A stretch of 25,509 bases of DNA from a bacterium. GTDB taxonomy: Bacteria; Patescibacteriota; Minisyncoccia; Phycocordibacterales; PALSA-1337. A model generated the notes under the pieces. It worked only from the letters and a program-made list of their open reading frames with translations, did not search any database and was not told where the DNA came from. The stretch spans positions 1 through 25,509 of the forward strand of contig JAUYLM010000055.1 in assembly GCA_030698965.1 (NCBI GenBank), in the 5' to 3' direction. Within the stretch, counting starts at the first letter, position 1. Each line of letters starts with the position of its first letter. The position numbers were made by a program, and so were the translations under genes. Shown one piece after another: positions 17,056 through 24,093 of the stretch.

Positions 17056-17964
17056 ATGAATACCATTCAGCTTACCTATCTCGTGACAACAAAAAACAAG
17101 CTTCCTTTTCTAAAAAGCAGGCTGGACAAGCTCACCCAAAACAGAGGAGTAGATGAAGAAATACTGGTGGCAGATGGCGCTAGCACAGACGGTAGCCGGG
17201 AGTTTCTTAAAAAGGCGTTCGAGGCCGGGGAAATTGATTATTTTACTTCAGAACCTGATTTCGGCGAATCGCATGCCCTGAACAAGCTATTTCTCATTGC
17301 CAAAGGAAACCTTATAACTATCATTACAGATGATGATGCCTTTTATTACCCTGCTATTCAAGCGTCCAAAGGATTTCTCCTGGAGCATCCGGACATAGAC
17401 ATTATAAGCACCGATGGAGGATCTTTCCACAAAACCTCTTCTTCCCTCGACGAACACCCCCTTCAACTGATAAGAACGCTGGACTATCGTCAAAAATATG
17501 AAGAGTGGACAAAAAATAAAACGCCCTTCAGCTTCTGTGGACTAGGCGTCATGCTCCGTCGATCTTCCTTGCCACTCCTTGGGCTCTGGGACCTCTCTTT
17601 TCGCGCGGCTGACGCGGAATTTTCTTTACGGACGACAGCCGGCAAAGCAAAAATCGCCTGGTACACAGGCTATTCATTTGTCAACATAAGTAACCCGCAG
17701 AGCGTGAGTTTTGTATTTAAGGATAAGATAAAAGTTGAAATCAAGCGCCTTGACCAGTTCTATTTTGGAAATAAAAAAAAACTGATTCTCAAGCAAAAGT
17801 TCAGAACTCTTATGGCGGGATTTAGAAGCTTTATAATTGGAAAGACCAGACTTTCGAAGGAAGTTTTTGAATCCCGGTGGCTAAATCTGGCAGAAGTTGC
17901 AGAAAAATGGCTTGAAATAAAAAATGGGGAGAAATTGCCAGAATTCCTTTGGAACAAAAAATAG
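17056..17964 (+). CDS. Glycosyltransferase family 2 (GT-A), paralogue B
   Basis: TYLVTTKN, EEILVADGASTDGS, DFGESHALNKLFL, ITDDD. Start could be 17050 or 17056; promoter spacing favours 17056. Confidence 0.85.
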   Translation: MNTIQLTYLVTTKNKLPFLKSRLDKLTQNRGVDEEILVADGASTDGSREFLKKAFEAGEIDYFTSEPDFGESHALNKLFLIAKGNLITIITDDDAFYYPAIQASKGFLLEHPDIDIISTDGGSFHKTSSSLDEHPLQLIRTLDYRQKYEEWTKNKTPFSFCGLGVMLRRSSLPLLGLWDLSFRAADAEFSLRTTAGKAKIAWYTGYSFVNISNPQSVSFVFKDKIKVEIKRLDQFYFGNKKKLILKQKFRTLMAGFRSFIIGKTRLSKEVFESRWLNLAEVAEKWLEIKNGEKLPEFLWNKK

Positions 17965-17966
17965 CC

Positions 17967-19136
17967 ATGTCCTTTCCAGATCATTTTTTTAACCCGCTTC
18001 TTGTCTTCTATCGCAGACTAACCAGGAAGATATTTGGTATCATTTCCCTTCGCTCCAGATCTAAGTCGTCTCGTGGCACCGTACTGCTTTCCTTCGTTAC
18101 TCACCCTTTTTGTATTTCGAAAAAAGAATTTCTAAAAACCCCACACACCACGCCTTTCGAATGCATGGAAATCGCAAGTCTGCTTTTGGATCGTGGATAT
18201 GCCGTAGATGTGATAGATTGGAACAATTTTTCGTTCACGCCCAAAACAAAATATGTCATGATCATAGACACTCACCAGAATCTAGAGAGACTAAGTGCTA
18301 TCTTGCCGGATTGCGTAAAAATCCATTATATTACAGGCGCTCATTGGAAGTACCAAAATATAGCTGAGACATTCCGCCTAGGTGAATTCAGAAAGAGGCG
18401 TGGCGCGACACTCCAGCCTCGTCGACAGATGCTTCCATCGAGCAATATTGAATATGCTGATTACGCCACGTCTCTCGGAAGCCGCTTCGCGAAAGGCACT
18501 TATGACTATGCCGGAAAAAATATAGAAATGATCCCCCTTCTGTCCACAGCGTCATTTCCATCACCGGAAGATAAGAACTTCGCCGAAGTTAGAAAGAATT
18601 TCGTATGGATAGGAGGAGGCGGGGCGATCCATAAGGGACTGGACCTAGTACTCGAAGTTTTTTCTAATCTCTCTGACTTCCGCCTTACGGTATGCGGGCC
18701 GGTCGAGGCGGAAAAAGATTTTTTCAATTTCTATAAAAAGGAACTATGCCATACTCCAAATATTCGCTTTGTCGGACGTATCAACGTTAGGAGTGAGCAA
18801 TTTAAAAATATAGTAGATAATGCAGTGGGTTTAATTTATCCATCTTGTTCTGAAGGCCAATCAGGAAGCGTCGTGACAGCTCTCCATGCTGGACTCATCC
18901 CCATCATAACGCATCAGTCAGGAGTGGATGTATCCCCCTTCGGCTTGTATCTTAAGGATTTTTCAGTTCAAGAAATAACCGATAGCGTTATCAGAGTGAG
19001 TAAATTGCCTATTGACGAACTTAGATCCCGATCAACAGCAGCTTGGAAATATGCCCGTGAAAATCACACCATGGAAATTTTTAAAGAAAGATATGCGGCA
19101 TTTATTGATGGCGTTATCAAAAAAGAAAACCTATGA
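17967..19136 (+). CDS. Glycosyltransferase family 4-like (GT-B)
   Basis: FVWIGGGGAIHKGLDLVLEVF, LTVCGP, YPSCSEGQSGSVVTALHAGLIPII. Start moved from TTG 17949 to ATG 17967. Confidence 0.83.
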   Translation: MSFPDHFFNPLLVFYRRLTRKIFGIISLRSRSKSSRGTVLLSFVTHPFCISKKEFLKTPHTTPFECMEIASLLLDRGYAVDVIDWNNFSFTPKTKYVMIIDTHQNLERLSAILPDCVKIHYITGAHWKYQNIAETFRLGEFRKRRGATLQPRRQMLPSSNIEYADYATSLGSRFAKGTYDYAGKNIEMIPLLSTASFPSPEDKNFAEVRKNFVWIGGGGAIHKGLDLVLEVFSNLSDFRLTVCGPVEAEKDFFNFYKKELCHTPNIRFVGRINVRSEQFKNIVDNAVGLIYPSCSEGQSGSVVTALHAGLIPIITHQSGVDVSPFGLYLKDFSVQEITDSVIRVSKLPIDELRSRSTAAWKYARENHTMEIFKERYAAFIDGVIKKENL

Positions 19137-19990
19137 ATCAGCCTCTTATCTCCGTCATTATACCTGCACACAATAACGAAACCACAATATCTTCGTCTAT
19201 TGATTCGATGCTTGTCCAAACCTATAGAAATCTTGAGATCATTATAGTGGATGACAACAGCACGGATAGGACCGCGGAAGTCGCTGAAAAATACTCCCGG
19301 GGTTATCCGAATGTGTCATTCCACAAATTGCCTTATGACGATCCTTATCGAGTCAACAGGCGGGGACGTAATGTCAACGCGGGCTATATGGCCAGGAATT
19401 ATGGGTTAGAAAAATCCAAGGGCGAGTGGATAACTTTCCAGGATGCCGATGATGCCTCCCTTCGCAATAGAATTGAAGCAGAATATATTCTCGCTATTCG
19501 CTTCAATAGCAATCATGTCTGTGTCCAGTGGCAGAAATTATCCTTGGAAAAAATAGGCAGCGGGTTTGATTTTGAAAAAGCGCTCGAGAAAGAGAGCAAT
19601 CTTGTAATTACCAGCGATCAGATTAAGAAGCTCGGACGCGAATCGAAGGGCTCACTCATGAGGATATTAGGCCCGTTCAGAAAATACATCCCCTTTGAGG
19701 CAAAGAGAGCTCGCATAATCAATAAGCTCTTCTTTGGATCCCTTGATTCATATCCTGGTTCAGGCAATAGCCCGCTTTTTAAAAGAGAAGTTATAGAAAA
19801 AGTCGGATTCCGACCGGTGGACGAGCGTGTCTGGCCTTCCTTTACCGGACGCGGAGCAGACCGGGACTTCAACTTCCAGGTATCCGAAACGTTTGGTCAG
19901 AGTATTTCCTTCAAACTTCCCCTCTATCTCTGGAGAGTTGAACAGGAAAATGATCTTGACTATCCTTTTCATGAGTATCTGATAAGATAA
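19133..19990 (+). CDS. Glycosyltransferase family 2
   Basis: 285 aa. ISVIIPAHN, QTYRNLEIIIVDDNSTD, ARNYGLEKSKGEWITFQDADD; ATGA overlap with the upstream gene. Confidence 0.88.
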   Translation: MNQPLISVIIPAHNNETTISSSIDSMLVQTYRNLEIIIVDDNSTDRTAEVAEKYSRGYPNVSFHKLPYDDPYRVNRRGRNVNAGYMARNYGLEKSKGEWITFQDADDASLRNRIEAEYILAIRFNSNHVCVQWQKLSLEKIGSGFDFEKALEKESNLVITSDQIKKLGRESKGSLMRILGPFRKYIPFEAKRARIINKLFFGSLDSYPGSGNSPLFKREVIEKVGFRPVDERVWPSFTGRGADRDFNFQVSETFGQSISFKLPLYLWRVEQENDLDYPFHEYLIR

Positions 19991-19994
19991 AAAT

Positions 19995-20762
19995 ATGCGT
20001 GAGAAGCTAAAAAATATCCCGTTCATCAAATACGCAGTGGTCTTCGCTAGGGCATTCAAGTCCGAATACGGATTGTCTACCCGGCTTTTATGCATTTTCA
20101 GATTTTTTAGAGACTACGATTTATTTAGAAAATATCCTCCGAATACTGCTTATAAAGTTTCCACCGCAGACCTTTTTCCACGTATTTATGATAGGGTAGA
20201 AAGCCATAAGCTGGATCCTGTCTATTTCCTTCAAGGAACCTGGTGCGCAAAAAAGATTTTTGAGGAAAAACCGTCAGAGCATTACGATGTAGGTTCTCAG
20301 GCCCTCATGGTCGGCATCATTTCACAATTCGTTCCAACTACAATGATCGACATACGTCCCCTTGCTCTTTCCCTACCCGGACTTTCCTTTGTCAAAGGAG
20401 ACATAACAGAACTTCCTTTCAAAGAGGGCTCGATTTCTTCATTGAGCTCCATCTGCGTCATTGAACACATCGGACTCGGCAGATATGGAGATCGGCTTGA
20501 TCCCTTCGGCACAGAGAAAGCCGCGAAAGAGCTCGCGAGAGTTTTAAGGAAAGGAGGATGCCTATATATATCCGTTCCGGTAGATGCCGAAAACAAGGTG
20601 TACTTCAATGCCCATCGGTCATTTACCCGCGATTATATCCTCGAGCTATTCAAAACACTGAAGTTATCTGAAGAAAAATATATATACGGAAAAAACATGT
20701 ATCCCTCCTATGATCCGGCGAAGGGCTTTGGCACGGGACTTTACCATTTTAAAAACTCATGA
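19995..20762 (+). CDS. DUF268-domain / SAM-methyltransferase-like protein
   Basis: 255 aa. HYDVGS, IDIRPL, KGDITELPF, SSICVIEHIGLGRYGDRLDP, LARVLRKGGCLYISVP, FNAHRSF. Confidence 0.78.
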   Translation: MREKLKNIPFIKYAVVFARAFKSEYGLSTRLLCIFRFFRDYDLFRKYPPNTAYKVSTADLFPRIYDRVESHKLDPVYFLQGTWCAKKIFEEKPSEHYDVGSQALMVGIISQFVPTTMIDIRPLALSLPGLSFVKGDITELPFKEGSISSLSSICVIEHIGLGRYGDRLDPFGTEKAAKELARVLRKGGCLYISVPVDAENKVYFNAHRSFTRDYILELFKTLKLSEEKYIYGKNMYPSYDPAKGFGTGLYHFKNS

Positions 20763-21679
20763 AAAAAATAATCATACTCAAGCACGGCGGAGGAGAACTG
20801 GCCAATCAGCTTTGGAACTATATCAGCATTTATGCCTATGGACTAGAAATAAGCGCCGAGGTCCAAAACCCCTCTTTTTTTGAATACCATTCGCATTTCA
20901 ATTTTCTAAAGAATGAGTCTCCCTTAACGCGCTTTTTTTCATCTTGGTTCCGAGACTCCACAGCAAGGCGCGGCAGCCTGAAGAATCGTTTTTGGAGGAA
21001 TATCTATTTAATTTTGGTGCGGATAATGAAACCATTTTCCAAGAATAGCTGGATATCTTCGGAAAACGAGATGAATCAAGTTGTGTATATTCCTCCAACT
21101 TCCTCCTTGGATTTTTTGGATAATGTGAAAATCGGATATTTCTCCGGCTGGCTTTTCAGAAACCCTGTCGGATTGGCAAAATACAGGAAAAATATTATTT
21201 CCGCTTTTGCCCCCAGTAAAGATACAGAGAAAAGAGTGGAAGACATCATCCAGCCACTACGAAAAGAGTATGAAAAAATCATTGGGATCCATCTGCGCCA
21301 AAGTGATTATCGAACTTTCAAAGGAGGGGATTATTTCATTAGCCAAACGCGTGTGAAAGAAATCATCGATGAGTTTATTCAAAAAAATTCCATTGACAAG
21401 AATCGCATCCTCTTCCTTATGACTTCGGATGGTCCAATAGAGTCAGGAATTTTCCGCAATTTAAATGCTTATATATCAAAGGAAAATTCTGTGACCGATC
21501 TTTTTTTGCTTTCAAGCACGGACATGATCATCGGCTCCGACTCGAGCTTCGGCGCTTTCGCCTCATGGTACGGCAATATCCCGCATATTATCATGACCAA
21601 GAATCCTATAGACTGGACATATTACGCCGACAAAAAGAAATTCTTTGAAAATAAATACGGGAAAATGGTCAATTACTGA
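20759..21679 (+). CDS. GT11 (alpha-1,2-fucosyltransferase)-like protein, divergent
   Basis: 306 aa. GGGELANQLWNY, FSGWLF, GIHLRQSDY, MTSD, DLFLLSSTDMIIGSDSSFGAFASW; ATGA overlap with the upstream gene. Confidence 0.75.
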   Translation: MKKIIILKHGGGELANQLWNYISIYAYGLEISAEVQNPSFFEYHSHFNFLKNESPLTRFFSSWFRDSTARRGSLKNRFWRNIYLILVRIMKPFSKNSWISSENEMNQVVYIPPTSSLDFLDNVKIGYFSGWLFRNPVGLAKYRKNIISAFAPSKDTEKRVEDIIQPLRKEYEKIIGIHLRQSDYRTFKGGDYFISQTRVKEIIDEFIQKNSIDKNRILFLMTSDGPIESGIFRNLNAYISKENSVTDLFLLSSTDMIIGSDSSFGAFASWYGNIPHIIMTKNPIDWTYYADKKKFFENKYGKMVNY

Positions 21680-22433
21680 ATTTCAGCATTGTCATGCCGT
21701 TGCAGACAGCATGATGCTCTATAAGCCATTTCCCTTGAATCTTCTTAAAATCTTTTTCCTCATTTAAATGCGTGCCTACATATTCTTCGATAGCGCGCAT
21801 CACGTCCCTGTCGTCATTATATGCTTTGCCGATAGTCCCATTCCTTCTCTTATATAATAGTTTTACATTCGCGTCATGAAAGAAAGCAACGCCTTGAGGC
21901 GACAGAAATGGCATCCATTTTTCTATCTCTTTCTTTGTGTGATTATACTCATGGCTGGTATCTATGAACAGAACGTCAATCTTAGGTTCAAGATTGTTTT
22001 TTAAACAAAAATCCTTGAATTCATCTGCGACCAGAACATCATCTTTTTGGATGAAAGTCGATCTGGGCCAAGCTGTCTTATTTTGTTGAGGTGCGATGTC
22101 AACACTCAAAAGAAAAGCATTGTGTAGCTTTGCCACTCTCTCAAAAACAAATGTGCTTTGTCCTGTCCTGACTCCCAGTTCCACAATGAGCTTTGGCTTT
22201 ACGGCCATTGATTCATTGAAAAGAGTTTCCAGATGATCGCTGATGTCTGTATCTATTAGGGCGTGACGTCGTATTTCATTCAATTCATTTAAAGAGGATA
22301 TTTCATGCTTCCCATTAAATCTCCAAAGAAATAATGTCTTTATAAAAAGATTGTAATATTTGATATATCTTCGAACATTCTTCTTGAATGCAGGCGAGTA
22401 TTCCCTTCCTTCTGGAGTCAATATGTATTTCAT
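21669..22433 (-). CDS. Class I SAM-dependent methyltransferase (Methyltransf_24-like)
   Basis: 254 aa. IVELGVRTGQST, LLSVDI, IDVLFIDTSHEY, FLSPQGVAFFHD. Confidence 0.82.
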   Translation of the reverse strand: MKYILTPEGREYSPAFKKNVRRYIKYYNLFIKTLFLWRFNGKHEISSLNELNEIRRHALIDTDISDHLETLFNESMAVKPKLIVELGVRTGQSTFVFERVAKLHNAFLLSVDIAPQQNKTAWPRSTFIQKDDVLVADEFKDFCLKNNLEPKIDVLFIDTSHEYNHTKKEIEKWMPFLSPQGVAFFHDANVKLLYKRRNGTIGKAYNDDRDVMRAIEEYVGTHLNEEKDFKKIQGKWLIEHHAVCNGMTMLKFSN

Positions 22434-22439
22434 ATAAAA

Positions 22440-22451
22440 ATAATATCACAT
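22440..22451 (-). promoter_or_regulatory. Putative extended -10 element (ATGTGA-TATTAT), 6 nt before ATG 22433
   Basis: Minus strand ATGTGATATTAT TTTTAT ATG; the same 12-mer occurs at 15445-15456 on the plus strand. Confidence 0.55.
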
Positions 22452-22461
22452 ATTGTCAAGT

Positions 22462-22490
22462 TTGCATAAGTTCCCTTTTACTTATACATT
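22462..22490 (+). promoter_or_regulatory. Possible sigma70 promoter TTGCAT-N17-TACATT for the radical SAM gene (leadered transcript)
   Basis: TTGCAT at 22462-22467, TACATT at 22485-22490; about 70 nt of leader with purine-rich AAGGAAAGAGAGAGAAA before ATG 22565. Confidence 0.4.
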
Positions 22491-22564
22491 GTACGAGGAA
22501 ATCGTTCATTGATTTTCCTACGCTCACAACCACCAACTTTAACCCATAAGGAAAGAGAGAGAAA

Positions 22565-24046
22565 ATGAAAATTTGCCTCATCATCCCGCCGTCAAGCTTT
22601 CTGATGGATGAGAGGGTTTTTATGACTCTCGGCATCCTCAAGGTAGCGGCATCGTTAGAACAAGCTGGAATCTCCGTAGATGTCTTGGATCTCTCAGGAT
22701 TCAAGAACTTCGAAGATATTGCCAGAGACTATGTAATCCAGAAGACCGACATCTGCCATTTTGGGCTTACAGCGACAACACCACAGCTGCCGGCAACGGT
22801 AAAGATCACCCAGGCGATACGTAATGTCAGAAAAGATGTAAAAATCATTCTGGGAGGACCCCATGCCACGCTGGTCAATACGGCATACAGGAAAGAAATT
22901 CTTCTCGGCAAGAATGGGAGAGCGGTCAGAGCCATGGCACAGCTAGAGAATCTTTTCGATGTTATCGTGGCTGGAGACGGAGAGCAGGCGATCTTCGCAG
23001 CTCTGGAAAAGAAATCTTCGAAGATCGTAGACGCGGATAAGGTTGGTTCGAATCTGTTCTTAACAGATCAACAACTGACCGATTCCCCCTGGCCGGCGCG
23101 GCATCTTGTAGATGTCTCGAGCTACCACTACACCATTGATGGTGTGTCTGCTATATCCCTCATCGCCCAGCTCGGCTGCCCCTTCGGCTGCGGATTCTGC
23201 GGAGGACGGGAATCGCCGACATTCCGGAGGATCCGCATGCGGACATCGGAAGATATCGTGGCCGAAATGGTACACCTACACCAAACTTACGGCTTCAATG
23301 GTTTCATGATGTACGACGATGAGCTCAATGTAAATACGAAAATGATTGAGCTCATGCAGATGATTACCAGGGCACAGAGAGATCTGGGCGTTGAATGGAG
23401 GCTACGCGGATTTATCAAGTCCCAACTTCTCACTGACGCACAAGCAGAAGCTATGCACAGCGCCGGCTTCCGCTGGATTCTTGTCGGTTTCGAGTCGGGA
23501 TCTGAAGAGATCCTGACTGCTATCAATAAAAAAGCCACCAGGGCTGAAAACACCCGATGCATGGAGATCGCCAGGAGGCACGGACTAAAAGTCAAAGCCT
23601 TGATGTCCATGGGTCACCCTGGAGAGACACGAGAAACAATCGAAGCCTCTAGGCAGTGGCTTCTTGAGGTCAAACCTGATGACTTCGATGTGGCTGTTAT
23701 CACAGCTTACCCCGGGACTCCCTACTATGATCATGCTATTCCCCACCCCAATACAGAAGGCGTGTGGATATACACCTATCAGCCTACACAGGCTCGTCTG
23801 TACCAGCAAGAGATTGATTTCTCTAAAGTAGCGGAATACTACAAGGGCGACCCGGATGGTGGATACAGGGCTTTCGTCTATACTGATGCTTTGGCGTCCG
23901 AAGACATCGTCATCGAGCGCAATCGGCTGGAAAGCGATGTTCGGCGCATTCTCGGCATCCCCTTCAACAAAGGAGTAGCGGCAATGCGCTACGAACATTC
24001 AATGGGACAAGGCTTTCCGACAAACATTCTGCGTACAACTGCATAA
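22565..24046 (+). CDS. Cobalamin-binding radical SAM protein (class B RS methyltransferase-like)
   Basis: 493 aa. N-terminal B12-binding-like domain (LGILKVAASL, GLTATTPQ, IILGGPHAT, DVIVAGDGE), CxxxCxxC motif GCPFGCGFC, YDDELN, GFESGS, GHPGET, AYPGTPYY. Confidence 0.9.
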   Translation: MKICLIIPPSSFLMDERVFMTLGILKVAASLEQAGISVDVLDLSGFKNFEDIARDYVIQKTDICHFGLTATTPQLPATVKITQAIRNVRKDVKIILGGPHATLVNTAYRKEILLGKNGRAVRAMAQLENLFDVIVAGDGEQAIFAALEKKSSKIVDADKVGSNLFLTDQQLTDSPWPARHLVDVSSYHYTIDGVSAISLIAQLGCPFGCGFCGGRESPTFRRIRMRTSEDIVAEMVHLHQTYGFNGFMMYDDELNVNTKMIELMQMITRAQRDLGVEWRLRGFIKSQLLTDAQAEAMHSAGFRWILVGFESGSEEILTAINKKATRAENTRCMEIARRHGLKVKALMSMGHPGETRETIEASRQWLLEVKPDDFDVAVITAYPGTPYYDHAIPHPNTEGVWIYTYQPTQARLYQQEIDFSKVAEYYKGDPDGGYRAFVYTDALASEDIVIERNRLESDVRRILGIPFNKGVAAMRYEHSMGQGFPTNILRTTA

Positions 24047-24056
24047 TGTTCACAAT

Positions 24057-24093
24057 CAGACCCGTCGCAAATGCGATGGGTCTGCTATTTTAT
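24057..24093. terminator. Hairpin terminator between convergent genes (likely bidirectional)
   Basis: CAGACCCGTCGC-AAAT-GCGATGGGTCTG gives a 12-bp stem with one G-U (24057-24084), followed by CTATTTTAT. It fills the gap between stops at 24046 and 24085. Confidence 0.75.

Noticed and set aside
17773-17781. A9 tract in a GT2 (also T8 at 6540-6547 and 15417-15424) as phase-variation switches
   Set aside because: Short A/T runs encoding Lys in AT-rich genes, with frames intact; no long poly-G/C tracts typical of contingency loci.
22434-22564. Cobalamin riboswitch upstream of the B12 radical SAM gene
   Set aside because: The region is short and lacks the conserved B12-box elements (such as GGGAA and GCCACTG).
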